Assembly: GCF_037042905.1 (NCBI RefSeq)
Contig: NC_087251.1
Location: 17,548,001 to 17,612,000 of the forward strand
Reading direction: 5' to 3'
Origin: Lytechinus pictus
Taxonomy: Eukaryota
Length of the DNA: 64,000 nt
Shown: positions 12,362 through 25,801 of the stretch, piece after piece
How positions within the stretch are numbered: position 1 is the first letter of the stretch
Layout of the letters: the number at the start of each line of letters is the position of its first letter
Translations under genes and position numbers: made by a program
The notes under the pieces: generated by a model
Told to the model about the DNA's origin: nothing
Databases searched by the model: none
The model's input: only the letters and a program-made list of their open reading frames with translations

Positions 12362-15300
12362 AAACAAGTGGAAAGCCTCTGGCAGTCTCGCCTGCATTAC
12401 GCGATTTAATATAGCAGCAGTGCTAACTTTGAAAACTACTATAAAATAATCATTCACAAAAACACCATTCATATAATGACATAATACCACGTTCATTGAC
12501 CATAAATGACATTTGAACGGTGACTTAAGACTTGTCAACTACACCCATGTCCACATTTCATTCACTCTATCTATAAACTTTCAAAGTTATGATGGCAATT
12601 CAACAATTACCCCAACATGGCCTAAGTTTATTGACCTTAACTGACCTTTGACCTTGGTTTTGTGACCTGAAACTCACAGGGGATGTTCAGTGATACTTGA
12701 CTACTCTTATATCCCAAGTTTTATGAACTAGATCCATAAACTTTCAGAGTTAGGATGGTAATTTAACAAATACCCCCAACACGGCCAAAGTTCATTGACC
12801 TTAAATGACCATTGACCATGGCCATGTGACCTGAAACTCGCACAGGATATTCAGTGGTACTTGATTAACCTAATGTCCAAGTTTTATGAACTAGATCCTT
12901 AAATTTTCAAAGTTATGATTTTTTTTTCTCTTTAAACCTCTTTCGAGGGACTTTATTTACATCTCTATAATACAATTTACAAATCACAAAGTATATACAG
13001 TAATCAAATTAATCAATCAATAAATGAGTTCCAGCAATTTGTCAAATTCTTTTGTATTCTTATTTTTGGTAACATATTTTGAACTTAAATACCATCTTAG
13101 TTTCATTTTCAAATTCATCCATAATCTATTTACATTAACAAAGTAATAACCTTTTTTCATACTCGTTTCAATATAATTTCTGTAAATGGTGTATTGAGTA
13201 AAATTCAAAATGATATTAATTAACCAGTATTTTGGTTCCTGTATATTCCAACCTAAAATTACTATGTTTTCATTAACACAGACCTGTACTTTAGAAACAG
13301 AAAGAATTGTGTCTTCTACCATTTTCCATAGAGGTTTTATATTCTCACATTTTATCAACATATGCATAATTGTTCCCTTAAGTAAACAAAGATTACATTT
13401 ATCATCATTTTTTAAACTCCATTTAAATAAATTTGATTGGGACGGAAGTATTTTATGCCGGAGTTTAAAATTAAATTCTGTAACCTTGTTATCTTTTATT
13501 TGTCTAACTTTAAAATACAGGACTTTGTCCCAATTAATTGCTATCTGAAGTCCCAAATAATTTTGCCAAAACATAAAGAAAGATGCTTCTGTTTTGTTAT
13601 GTTCTAAATAATAATGATAATAATGCCTAGCTTTCAAGATATTTACATCAATTAAATCACCATTTGATATTTCAATAAGATTAGGTATAATCATTATGTC
13701 CTTTTGTTGTGCATTTGATCTATTTTCCAGCCAGGTGTTGGGAAATCCTTTCTTCAACTTTTGTAGTTCAAAATTGTATAATAATTTTCTGTTTTCAAAA
13801 TCATCAAATACCGTATTGAGGTTTTTCCATTTACCTTCTTTTATAACATGATTTACCATCAATACACCAGATTTCCTCCATTTATTAAAATTTAGTGTTT
13901 CATTTTGTATTTTTATATTACTGTTATTCCATAAAACTTGTTTTGGAATATCAGTAATTTTTAGAAAATTCTGGTATCTCAAATTTGCCCAAACATATAG
14001 AAAATCGATATATAGGAGGGTAGATTATACCTTTTCCCTAAATTAATAATGTCTACACTATTACAATTATAATGTAAACATAATGGAAAACCACCAATCT
14101 TATTTGTCCAATAGGTAAAAAGAGTTTTCCATGCTCCCTTTATTTCATCCATATATTTATAAATCCATGCTAATCGAAGTGATGAAAATTTGGCTTTCAC
14201 ATCAACCATGTTTAACCCACCATCAATTTCTTTGTTTAAACATACATTTCTCTTAACTTTATTTTTTTTGGAATTCCATAAAAATGTATATAATTTTTTA
14301 TTCAATGCCTTTGAAATATAATCGGGCACAGGAACTGCCGAAGCAACATAAACAAATTGTGATGCAATTAAAATCTTAATGACAGATATTTTCCCAAAGT
14401 AAGTCAGATTTCTCATTTTCCATAAATTAAGTATATTTTCGACTTTTCCAAGTCTCCCTTCCCAATTTCTTTTTTCTACATCAACATAGTTTTTACCAAC
14501 ATATATTCCAAGACATTTTACTGGATCGACCGCATTCTAGGTCATTTAACTCTATATTTTCATCTAACTTCATTATTTTAGATTTAGACCAATTGACTTT
14601 CGGCCCTGCTATATTTCCAAATCTATTAATCTCAGTCATTATATTTTGTACAGAATTTGTTCCATTGGCGAATACTATAGTATCATCGGCGTACTGGGCT
14701 AGAGATATTTCTTTAGTTGGTACAGCTATACCTGTAATCGATGGATTTTGTTTAATTTTTTGAGCTAATATTTCAGAAATTACCAAGAACAATAAAGCCG
14801 ACAACGGGCATTCCTGCCTTACACCTCGATTAAAATAAAATTTTTGTGACAACCAACCATTGTTCAAGACATTACCATTTGCATTTGTGTAAAACGTTTG
14901 TATCCAATGAATAAATGACTTTTTAAATTGCATCTTACATAAAGTAGTGAACAGAAAATCGTGTCTAACGTTATCAAACGCTTTTTGAAAATCTATGTAC
15001 ATGATAACACCTGATTGATTATTCATTTTACAATAGTCAATAACATCTTGTACAAGTCGCACATTCTCTAATGCCGACCTATGTTTCCTGAATCCCGATT
15101 GACCATCCGAAATAATATGCGGAATAATTTGTTTCATTCTTTTTGCCAATGCACCTGCAGCTATTTTATAATCAATGTTAAGAAGTGATATTGGTCTCCA
15201 ATTTTCTAATAAAGCTTTATTACCCTTTTTATATAACAATGTGAGAACAGCTTGACTTTGGGAGGATGACATTTTTTTCTCCTCATAACCAGTATTTAAA

Positions 15301-15866
15301 CTACTAATTAACATATCTTTTAAATCATTCCAAAAGCACCTGTAATACTCTGCACTCAGGCCATCGCTACCTGGGGCTTTGTTCGTGTTCATTTCAAAGT
15401 TATGATGGTAATTCAACAAATACCCCCAATTTGACCAAAGTTCATTGACCCTAAATGACCTTTGACCTTGGTCACGTGACCTGAAACTCGAGCAGGATGT
15501 TCACTAATACTTGATTAACCTTATGCCCAAGTTTCATGAACTAGGTCCATATACTTTCTAAGTTATGATGTCATTTCAAAAACTTAACCTTCGGTTAAGA
15601 TTTTGAAAATAATTCTCCCAACATGGTCAAAGTTCATTGACCCTAAATGACCTTTGACCTTGGTCATGTGACCTGAAACTCAGGCAGGATGTTCAGTAAT
15701 ACTTGATTAACCCTATGACCAAGTTTCATGAACTAGGTCCATATACTTTCTAAGTTATGATGTCATTTCAAAAACTTAACCTTAGGTTAAGATTTGATGT
15801 TGATGCCGCCGCCGCCGTCGGAAAAGCGGCGCCTATAGTCTCGCTCTGCTAAGCATGCGAGACAAA
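12362..15866 (+). mobile_element. HINE/pearl-like element, copy 2, carrying the L1/Tx1 insertion, in the last TBCE intron
   Basis: Same 5' end, tandem units, (GCC)n and 3' hairpin (gtctcgc...gcgagac) as 7631-8600. Confidence 0.8.
12920..15391 (-). mobile_element. 5'-truncated L1/Tx1-clade LINE inserted in a satellite unit
   Basis: KAPGSDGL, NWRPISLLN, DFQKAFD, GVRQ.CPLS, QYADDT, C-terminal CNLC...H....C; short poly(A); 15-bp TSD TTTCAAAGTTATGAT at 12905-12919 and 15392-15406. Confidence 0.93.
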
Positions 15867-16634
15867 AACCAAACCTTTCAAATAAAATTACTTATGACAA
15901 TAACAACATTCATATCAACAAATGAATTCTGAGAATATTAAAAGATTAGAATTAGGGCTCTAACATGATAAAGACACAAATGGGCAGTTCCATAAGATAA
16001 TTAACCTTTTTGCACGTCCGACCTCCCAGTTTCTCAATTCTTACTTTACTCCATGAATTTGAGAGAATAATAACTTTTTATGTGAACTATAAAACAGATT
16101 TGAATTATCCCAAAGGTGGTTCAAGCCTATCTTTAGCCTTAAAATCCCCCTAATAGTGCATGTCACTATTCCATTTCATTATTCGATCATATTAATGCAT
16201 GTGCCTCAAAACGGTTGTGGTGTGATGGACATAAAGTGTACTTTATTGGACAAATATTCTACATCAAAATTAAATTCGATCGGATGCCAGATCAAAATAA
16301 TACATCTGTGTATTTTGTCTTATTTACATAAAAGCCCACAAGCATTTTTGGGCTGAAAATTTCAGGATACGATCTTTGTCAGTTGCTTTCTGAATACTAA
16401 AGTGCTCTTAAAGTGCTATTCAAATAAAACATAATAACTGAGAGAGGGTGCTAGATTTAAATTTAAATCCCAATGACTGGCAAAATGCTATATTTAAATT
16501 CTAACAGGTAAAAAAATGCATTCCATGACTACTACACTTTTGTATTATTGTAATGTTTGTTGATACTCTAGTATAATTCACATTAAAAAAAGCTTTAGAC
16601 AGGCTTTATTTAAAATTACTGTCAATAATCATAC

Positions 16635-16726
16635 CTTTGGACTGAGATAAGAAAGCTTCTGGTCGGCGACATCTACTTTGAAGAGTTTCTGAATCATTCC
16701 CTTGACTTTTGTGATATCCATGGTAA
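16635..16726 (-). CDS. TBCE: TBCE coding exon 13 (ubiquitin-like domain)
   Basis: tctcag| (V)TMDITKVKGMIQKLFKVDVADQKLSYLSPK |gtatga; 92 nt. Confidence 0.95.
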
Positions 16727-16802
16727 CTGAGAGAAAACAAATACACAGAGACATTCTTACAGGGGAAATTAATCATTATGCAACAGAAAACGATTTGCTA
16801 TA

Positions 16803-17327
16803 CAGTGTGTCTCACAAAAAAGGAAACCTGCCTTCAGAGATAGATTTCACAATTATTTAATATGTTTTTACTATAAGTTTGATACTCATGACTAGAGTGG
16901 AATCTCATCTCTAATTTCAAACCAACAGCTTAGCAAATTGTTCACGCATGGCAGATTACAAACAATAAATACTGAGGCATATCAAAAACGATTTGCGCAG
17001 AAACTCATGTGTGAATCTGAATCCTTTCTCATTTCAGAGATCAGTGAGAGAATCTTAACAAAGAATACAAAAGAAACACTAATGAGCCAATCATCAAATA
17101 AGCACATATCACAAATCAATCTTGTACAATTTTTAAGTGCAACCTGGTTTTGACATTAAAATTTCAAACTTTTGCTCATTAATGCGTGAAGTGTTCGTCA
17201 CATGTTATGTATCAAAATAAAGAGGAATAATTAAATTATATGATTATGTAAATTAGACATAAAAATTCAATTGCCTTTGAAGAAAAAAGACATGGAATCT
17301 CGGTTTCATTTTTTCTGGGATGCACTG
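16803..17327. mobile_element. Tc1/mariner-like MITE
   Basis: TA|CAGTGTGTCTCACAAAAAAGGAAACC ... GGTTTCATTTTTTCTGGGATGCACTG|TA. Confidence 0.75.
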
Positions 17328-17342
17328 TAGAGTAAAACCAAA

Positions 17343-17550
17343 TTTGGATACAGAATAAGATGTAATAATACTTCAGACATGTATAATATAGATCAGAATT
17401 TTAAATCATTTCCAACAGTAGAGTTGCTATGCCACAGAAGATGATTGGCAACATAAAAAAAAAAAAAGATTTGATACAGAATAAGATGTAAATAATAATT
17501 CAGACATATAATAAATCAGATATTGAATCATTTCCAAGAGTATAGTTGCT
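17343..17550. repeat. Imperfect ~125-bp tandem duplication
   Basis: gatacagaataagatgta...cagacat...atcatttccaa...gttgct occurs twice. Confidence 0.8.
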
Positions 17551-17765
17551 TTCAAAGTTTTGGTAAGAAATTTGTTGTATTTCCTCACTGTATCCTATAT
17601 ACCATTTCAGGGAAGCGTTTCACAACAAAATTTGTCAGTGATTTTCACCGACTAATTTGCTCTAAGCCAATCAGATGCAAGGATTTGCATTAGCTGTCAT
17701 TTAAAGTCACTGACAAACCTTTCATGAAATGCTCCTATTGGCATTCATAGTGAACATGAACATAC

Positions 17766-17894
17766 CTGGTAGTTTTTTCTTGATAGATTTCTTGGTTGTG
17801 TGTTGAGGGCAGCTTAAAATGAGTTCTAGAAGAGAAGATTTCAATGCACCTGGCTTGGATTGTGAGTCATCACTCACCTCTGGAGCTCCATACT
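17766..17894 (-). CDS. TBCE: TBCE coding exon 12
   Basis: gacag| (K)YGAPEVSDDSQSKPGALKSSLLELILSCPQHTTKKSIKKKLP |gtatgt; 129 nt. Confidence 0.92.
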
Positions 17895-18794
17895 CTGTCA
17901 TTAATAAAATTGCATTGCACTAAATATATTCATTATTGATTAACCCTTTGGCTTCTGAATTATGTGATTCCAATAGGCTTTGTACAGGGATCACCAAGTT
18001 CCAGTAGACAATGGGTCAATGAACTTTGTGTTACATTGGGCAGATTATAGATGCATACAGTACATACTTTATACAGTATACTCCATCCCTATTACAGTTT
18101 GGGTGGTCTGTTTCAGAACCACACACATGTCCACAAAAGAATACATGGAGTACCATTAAAGCCTCGACACTGATATAAACATATATACAGAATGATACAA
18201 AAAGTACAACTTTCTTGTAAGAGTTCATATCTTATTCAAATAAAGCAGAATACATTTACAGTTACAATTACAAGTAGTTCATAATTCAAATATTTAGTCG
18301 GTTTGTGATTTCATCTCCATCCCTAGTACAGAATCAGTCTGTATCATAGCTGGAGATGGAATGAATAAATGACATGATTTTAGTATAAAAATGGAAAATA
18401 AAATGAAATGCTAATAAGAATAAAACAAAAAATAATAAATGTAACCTAAAAAAGAACATTAAATATTGCAACATTTTTTTTTATAGTTGAAAATGTAATC
18501 AAATTGCCATTTCAAGTATTATAGTATCTATTCCTATTCTTTAAAAAAAACATTTCTTTAAATAAAATAATCAAGAAAATAGAATAAATAAAGGACTCAT
18601 AAGGACTCATATATGTCAGATAAAATGAAACAAGAATGTCTTTTTGCTAAATATTTTGATTTAGTCTTGATATATAGCTCTTTATACATGAAAATACATT
18701 TTCATGTATATTTACAATCGATTTGGAAATTTTTGGCATTCTAGATAATACATTGCAAGGAAACCTATCAATATATGATATTTTTTTGTCTTAC

Positions 18795-18948
18795 TCTTGA
18801 TGATTGCTGTATACATGGGATGATTTCTGATGAAATCTGCTTGAAGGTTTGAGCCAGGTTGATCCTTTCCTCCTCCATTCTTCAACCAATCTTCATGATA
18901 TTTCTTCATGTAGTCTATTTCTGAACCTTTCCTCTCAGCCTCTGATAC
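18795..18948 (-). CDS. TBCE: TBCE coding exon 11
   Basis: gttag| VSEAERKGSEIDYMKKYHEDWLKNGGGKDQPGSNLQADFIRNHPMYTAIIK |gtaaga; 154 nt. Confidence 0.95.
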
Positions 18949-19509
18949 CTAACATGAAAGAATTATTGCATGAGTCAAGTAGTCACAGGGAGCAATAATT
19001 GTGAATTTTCTAAGAACAAGCTTGTTTTCATACCTTCCTAGATCTAGACCTAGCAATTTCCAACTCAAACTAATCTAAGCAAACCAAGTGTGTAATAATG
19101 AAAACTAGGCTGAAAAACAAAGAAGACTAAAATAGAAACTACAGATAAGCATACATTGGCTTGTGCATTATCGTTGCTTGAAAAAAAGATCTGTCGATTG
19201 ACAGAGTGCCATATTTTTGCCAATTAAAGAAAATTACTGATTTTCTATCAGTAGAATCAATTGAAAGATAATTTTAGTTCATACTATACACACAGACTAC
19301 ATACCGACACTTTGGATATCACTTTGTTTATTCTTTTAAATCCTACTTTGTGACTGTTAAACAACTGGAATTTATGTTTAAGATTGAAAATAAATGTTTC
19401 TTTTGTGAGCACGTTGGGTAGATTGTGTACCTTTTTACTGAATATCTATTTTTATTGGATAGCTAACAATGTAATGCCAGAAACAACATCAAGCAAAACT
19501 CCTACTTAC

Positions 19510-19659
19510 AGCACTGTGGTTGCAGTGACACAACGAAGGCAGCTTGGCAATCAAGAGACCTCTAACGGTGGATGCTTTTTCGTTCTGCACCAGGGGATTT
19601 CTTTTCATATTCACTTCATCCAAGCACTGCAGTTTCCTCAATTCATTCACACTATTCCA
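19510..19659 (-). CDS. TBCE: TBCE coding exon 10 (LRR cap)
   Basis: ttcag| WNSVNELRKLQCLDEVNMKRNPLVQNEKASTVRGLLIAKLPSLCHCNHSA |gtaagt; 150 nt. Confidence 0.95.
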
Positions 19660-20221
19660 CTGAACATAAATCAGAGAGACATTTAATATACAATGTCAGA
19701 GCTAATGACAGTGTTACAAGCATGTAGTTACAAGTTCTAGTGGCATTAAGGAGATTGCAAAATTTTGATTTTATCCATCAGTCTTTTGCATATGAAAGAG
19801 CTCTAGATTTTAGAAAGCTGAAGAAAAACACAATTGATTCAAAAGCAATGTAAACACTGAAACTCCTCTTTTTCAATCATCATCTCAATAAAGAAAGCAT
19901 ACATTGCTTTTCTTCATTTTCTGAATTACATATATACAGTATACACATATATTGCTTACTAGCATCTTTCAATTTAAAAGCAATCCAAGTTTAATTATTG
20001 ACTGAAGAGCAGTCGGTTGAGAACCCGTCTAAGCACATATATCCAGCAACCCCAATAAGATGAGTTTGGGGCAAAAGAGATCTATCGTAACTGGGACCTT
20101 GGTATTCTACTCCACATCAACATAATAATTTCCAGTACATGAACACATGTAAAAAGTAAAAATGTCTAATACAGTTTAACAATTAGAATCAAGTTTGGCA
20201 AACTAATCACTGCTGTCTTAC

Positions 20222-20351
20222 CTCACTTATCCTATTATTATGAAGAGAAAGTGACTTCAGACTCCTAAAGTACTTTGTTTTCCCATCCATTGAAGCATCT
20301 TCAAAGCTTATATTTGGAATGCTGTTGTTGTTCAGTATTAGGCCTTCCAAC
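20222..20351 (-). CDS. TBCE: TBCE coding exon 9 (LRR)
   Basis: cgcag| LEGLILNNNSIPNISFEDASMDGKTKYFRSLKSLSLHNNRISE |gtaaga; 130 nt. Confidence 0.95.
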
Positions 20352-20849
20352 CTGCGAATATACAGGACCAAGAAATATAAATGCCCTGCACATGGTTTCA
20401 AACTTGTAGATGCAACTTTCAATAATTTTAGTAAATAAAGATGTTTTTCAGGCTAAAGAGCTGTTAGACTAACTCAGCACTCTTTGCTAAATGTGCAAGA
20501 GCACAAAGGCTACGATAGGAAACAGTCATTTTATCAAATAATGGAGGCAATATTTCAAAGATAGAACTTTATTTCTGGGTTATTTTCTTTGACTGAGGTA
20601 CTATATCAAAGTGCAGATATTGAACTTTTTAGATATGTGATTTTCTTTTTGAAATTCATATACCGTCCACCAAGTTTTTTGGGGGGTATCCTTTCTTATT
20701 GGTTTCATTTATTCTAGTACCGCACTGTCCAGTAGAGCATCATATCACATTTATAATCATTAAGTACTATACCAGAGATAACATGATAGGGTAGCGTCTA
20801 TGGAAAATGTGTATAATCCTAAGTATCCTGAGTTTATTTCAAGGTTTAC

Positions 20850-20948
20850 CTTGGTAAATGGCCAAGCTGTAAGACTCCTTCCCATGTCTCAATCTGATTC
20901 CCTTCTACATTCAATAACTCTAGGTGATCAAACGTGCCTTCTAATGGT
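20850..20948 (-). CDS. TBCE: TBCE coding exon 8 (LRR)
   Basis: atacag| PLEGTFDHLELLNVEGNQIETWEGVLQLGHLP(R) |gtaaac; 99 nt. Confidence 0.93.
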
Positions 20949-21608
20949 CTGTATGGTGTAAGTATAGAGAGACAGAAAGAATGAAGATGGGGGGGGGGGA
21001 GAGAGGGGGGAGGGATTAGTCAGAGAAAGGATCAACATTAATCAGATGAAGATGTGCCATGTATTGGCAATTCCATACATCAAACAACCAATTTTTATTA
21101 CTGATCCATATTTTGGTTCATCTTATTTCGCTTCATAAACCACTCAAGCCATGATAATTTACAAGAAGTACATTTTTTCCATTTGAACTAGAAACACAAA
21201 TCAATTCATGTAAGCCAAATATAGGAGGATGAATAATAATGGAATAGCTCTACTACATAATCTATTGGATGTAAACTAAAATAAAATAAACAAAACATCC
21301 ATGACTTTATTTCCACTACTGATAAATCGATATGATTCATCAATCAATCACCATTGATTTAGCAAAAGGCAAAGTTTATCACTGTAGAGGACAGCAATGG
21401 GTATGTATTTGTTTTAAAGGTGTGTCTCATCACAAGCTTTTGCTTTCAGGGAACTACTCCTTCTTCTGTTAACAAAAGTTATACATTTATATTTTTATGA
21501 CAAATGATTTTGTATAATCTATATTGAAAAATGATATTTTGTGAAAAAAGGAAGAAAATAAATGTTCTGTTGAATTGAATTGATTTGAATAATCAAATTT
21601 ATTCTTAC

Positions 21609-21685
21609 TTGTCAAGATTTGCTATTCTGTTGTAGCATGCATGAAGTTTCTTCAGTTTTGGCCACATAGTTGAAGACATCAGCAA
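21609..21685 (-). CDS. TBCE: TBCE coding exon 7 (LRR)
   Basis: ggtag| LLMSSTMWPKLKKLHACYNRIANLD(K) |gtaaga; 77 nt. Confidence 0.9.
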
Positions 21686-22159
21686 CTACCGGTATAATAT
21701 AAAGTATTTTAACAAAATAAGTGGGATTTAAATATTCAGAAAACTTTCTTTATACATGATAATTCAATGACAAATGTTTCATCTGAACATATTGTATAAC
21801 AAATTTGTATACACTTTATATTGTACGAAGTTTGTATTTTCTCAAATTTTGCGTGTCAGGTGCTATTTGTAAAATTCATAACACAGTAGATCCATGCATT
21901 ACAGACATTTAACTTTCACACTTAAAAAAAACATTTAACACAAAAACACTTGTTTATTAGTGCTCATATAATAGAATCGTGCACAGACAACCCCTTTGAT
22001 TATAATCTCGAAAAATTCAGTCCATTTCCGTAAAGCATGTGGAATATGTTTTATGTTGCATTTATACAAAACATAACATTGAGTATTTATTCTCATATAT
22101 TCTGCTTACTAAAGAACATCAACTTTGCATTACAGGGGTTTGCTTATACAACAATCAAC

Positions 22160-22617
22160 ACTGTACAACGCCTTCTTGGCTTGTTGTACGTGAGCAAATG
22201 GGAGGCTTCTGTCCAAAATGTACCGTTGCACGGGTCAGGAAAAGGTGACATCACTATGAAAATATTATTCATCGGGATTCGCATAGTAAATTCAGGAGCA
22301 ATACGCGTAGGGCTGGGCTTGCTGGCTGAAATGCGCATCGCTGCAGATCAGATGCGCGGTTGAAATGATTTCCTTTCTTATTTCCATAGATTTACATAGG
22401 AAAAAACTCATTATTGTTCATATTTTCGCTAACTTCCAAGGCGTTGTACAACACAAATAGCGAATATTCTTATTTGTGCAATGGTGCGACATTTCGCATT
22501 CGATGAAAGAAAGAGACACTCTACTAAACATGGCTAACGCCTCGTGGAATAGTTTCTTTCTTCCACCTCATGCGAAATCTCGCACCTTCACACTCATGCC
22601 TATTCGCTATTTGTATA
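22160..22617. mobile_element. Hairpin-plus-inverted-repeat element B (Crypton-like, tentative)
   Basis: IR TGTACAACGCC (22162) / GGCGTTGTACA (22440); hairpin 22453-22614 (acaaatagcgaata...tattcgctatttgt) with loop GGCTAACGCCTCG. Confidence 0.6.
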
Positions 22618-22621
22618 CTGT

Positions 22622-23232
22622 TTTACTCTTTCCATGTGATATTAGATCAATTTTGAGGCAAAGTTGTCAATAATCCTCTTTCTTTCCATGTGTATTACAT
22701 CAAAATTGAAAAAAAATTCTTAGTAATCATCTTTCCTCTGTCCAAGAGAAGAGATATTGAATCTATATTGAGGCAAAGCTCAAAATAATCACCTTATCTC
22801 TTTTGATGTGTATTACATCAAAAGTGAGGTGAAGTTCCCAAAAATGATATTTCTTTCTAAGTGATATTGCATCTATATATCATATTGAGGAATTTTATAT
22901 TAATTAACTTCCTGCTTTTCTGAGTGATATTTAGGAAAAGATGTTTATAATCACCTCAACTTTTTCCATGTCGGATTACATCTATATTGGAGACAAGCTA
23001 TAAATAATCATCTTATCTTTTTCCATGTCGTATTACATCTATATTGAAGATAAGCTATTAATAATCATCTTATTTTTTCCTTGTGATATTACGTCTATAT
23101 TGGGGAAAAGGGGTTAATAATCACCTTATCTTTTTCCATATGATATGACATATATATTGATGAAAAGTTCTTACTAATCATCTTACCTCTTTCCATGTGA
23201 TATTACATCTATTGAGAGAAAGTTCTTCTAAT
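22622..23232. repeat. ~57-bp degenerate minisatellite (about 11 units) overlapping the TBCE exon 6 donor
   Basis: Unit ttccatgtgatattacatctatattgagagaaagttct..taatcatcttacctc; anchors at 22964, 23021, 23077, 23134, 23191. Confidence 0.9.
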
Positions 23233-23289
23233 GCATAAAAAGCAGTACAAAGAGTAGATGGACTGGTAGGTAGAACAAATCTGTTTTCA
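23187..23289 (-). CDS. TBCE: TBCE coding exon 6 (LRR)
   Basis: tttcag| ENRFVLPTSPSTLCTAFYALEELSLNRCNITWKE |gtaaga; 103 nt, phase 2 to 0. Confidence 0.93.
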
Positions 23290-25038
23290 CTGAAATGAAG
23301 ACAAAAACAAATAATCAAATATTAACACATAATTTTGATGCTGATGAGGATAGTGAACAGTGGGGCAGAGCATCTGATAGAGAGCCGAGAAAGAGAAAAA
23401 TAGTAATAATGAGAGAAGGTTCATGAGATTAAAAGTACAAGAATGACGTTGGGAAAATCTATTACAAAATAATAAAAGAACAAGGAGAAAATAAGTAACT
23501 GCACAACTCAAATCTCATAAACAGTCAGTCAGAAGGTCCTCAAAAAGTAGTTTCATTTATCCCTGTGATATTCATGACAAGAAAGGTTTTGCATATTTAA
23601 TGAGCTGGGTGTGGACAAAACACGGTAACACCTCTTTTAAATTGGTCATTGCTGCTCTACATATATATATATATCAAACTTCATAATTTTGGTATCATTG
23701 TAAAGAATAAGAATCATTATTTCAGGTCTGGTGAGAAGGGCGAAACTTTTGATCTAAAACATGCTACAAAATAATTATTTTCACCTGACAAAAGTTGTTA
23801 TATTTACTCTTTATTTCTATTTGAGCCCGAATGACTTTAGATCATGATAAAGCTGAGTATCTATGCTTTGAAATGGTATATGTTTCAAAACAAGAATTGG
23901 TTTAATCAAGTCAAGATCACACTTTTCATTGGCTAAGTACATTAAGCAGCTTGAAAACAAGAGTACTGCACTCTGATTGGTTAAAGAGACCACACGCTCA
24001 ATGCTTTCATTTGATATAGGTTGTATAAGAAGAAGACAAGGTGCTCAGTAAGAAAAAAATAATAATAACGGGAGCATCAAAATGAAAATTTAGAGAACAA
24101 TCCACAGTCAAAGTTTATGCCTCCACTATTGCCTGATCACAAATATTCACACAAATATCTCCTGAAATGATTTAGGAGAAGGAAACCCTTGAAATAGTTA
24201 AATTTATATGAAGAAAAATAAACGAAACAGACTGATGAAAGTTGGAGAAATATTGAATGAATAATAAGAAAGTAATAAGTAATTGAATATTAAGTAAAAT
24301 TTTATAGTAAAATTGGAGATGAAATTATAAAGTTATAAGTATTTGAATGTCGAGAACGCTAACGCTATGTAGATCCTCCCATTGTCGATGCAACCAAGAT
24401 CAGACACATATAACTTCCTCATTACTTTAGTACATATTTCACCTAAATTTTCTCTTCCATCTACTCTACCATAAAATCTTTTTAATGAAAAGACATGTAA
24501 TGCAGGTTTCACAAGGATGAATTGTTTGCGAGTTTGTCCTATAATTAGAATGAGCAAAAAAGGGATTTGTTACTATGTTTTCAGAGTCCAAAGAAGAAAG
24601 TTGTACGTGTGTTACATCACAGATCTTGTTTGCATTGCCAGTGGGAGGATCCCCATCACATTAGTGTTCTCAACATTCAAATGCTCATGACTTACTTGTT
24701 TGTCCAACTTTGCTCAATTTTTTACTGATCTGATTCTTTTATTTTTCCACTTTCACACCAACTAACTTGTTCCATGGTTTCTTTCTCTATTAAATACATG
24801 ACCTGTGTGACCAATAGCTTTACCCAATATCAAACTCAGATCACTGTCACCCCCATATAAAATTTGAAGTTGATCCCTCAAATGGGTAGTTGGAAAATAA
24901 TTTGTGATATAGTTGAATGAAGAGAAGTATAAAATGGGAAAATGAAAACGAACAAAATTGTGTGGTAATTGAGGAAAGAAAAAGACAGATGACAGAATAT
25001 GGTAATCTGTCATGTTGAGGATAATGTGAAGTCCTTAA

Positions 25039-25801
25039 CCCTCAATCTCCCGGGGTATTTTGATTCTTGTCAATCCCGGGGGGGGGCCATTATGGCCCCC
25101 CCTTAAGATCTCGGCCGCCGATTGCGCGAGCGACGCAAAAATTTGCACACTGGTAGTGTGCGATGTAATCTACAAGGCTGTATGGTAAAATTTTCCAAAA
25201 TAATGATATTTTATTTTATATGAATTAATTATGCTAATTTATGCATAAATCATACTTTTTGCTATAATTCACTAAATAAAGCTCCTAGAATGCTAATTTT
25301 TGGTAAAAAAATTCTTTGTAGCAATCTTAACAATCGCAATTAAAAAAACTTCGGTTCGGAAATCAATTTCTTATGTATTTTATTGTTTTATGAATTTCTT
25401 ATGTATTTCTTTGTTTTTTTACTTTTTGTTTTTTATTGTTTTTTCAATGGAAATCATTCCAGACTTAGTTCTGATCATAAACAAGGCAAAATTAATTTAG
25501 TTTAATCAGTAAAAGTAGAAATAATGATACATTTATGAATTTTGGCTAAATACACAATTTGCATTGGATTTGTACATGAAATCACGTTTATGAGCAATTT
25601 TGGGTCTGACATGCACTTACATAATGTTGCGTAATGTCGTAACCGTGTACCCGGGCGTCACAAATTTGGTCTCAAAATTTGCGCGAGACTTGAAAGTAAA
25701 AAGTCAGTGAGCGGCGAGGTCAAAAAAATTTGCGCAGCAGATATATCGCGAAAATTGTCAAGGGGGGGGCCATTATGGCCCCCCCCCCGGGAGAATTAGG
25801 G
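25039..25801. mobile_element. piggyBac-like MITE
   Basis: TTAA TSDs at 25035 and 25802; TIR CCCTCAATCTCCCGGGG / CCCCGGGAGAATTAGGG; palindrome GGGGCCATTATGGCCCC near both ends; partial relative at about 3985-4380. Confidence 0.85.

Noticed and set aside
22037..22363. 108-aa ORF and overlapping short ORFs
   Set aside because: They lie in or across hairpin element B; no motifs or splice support.
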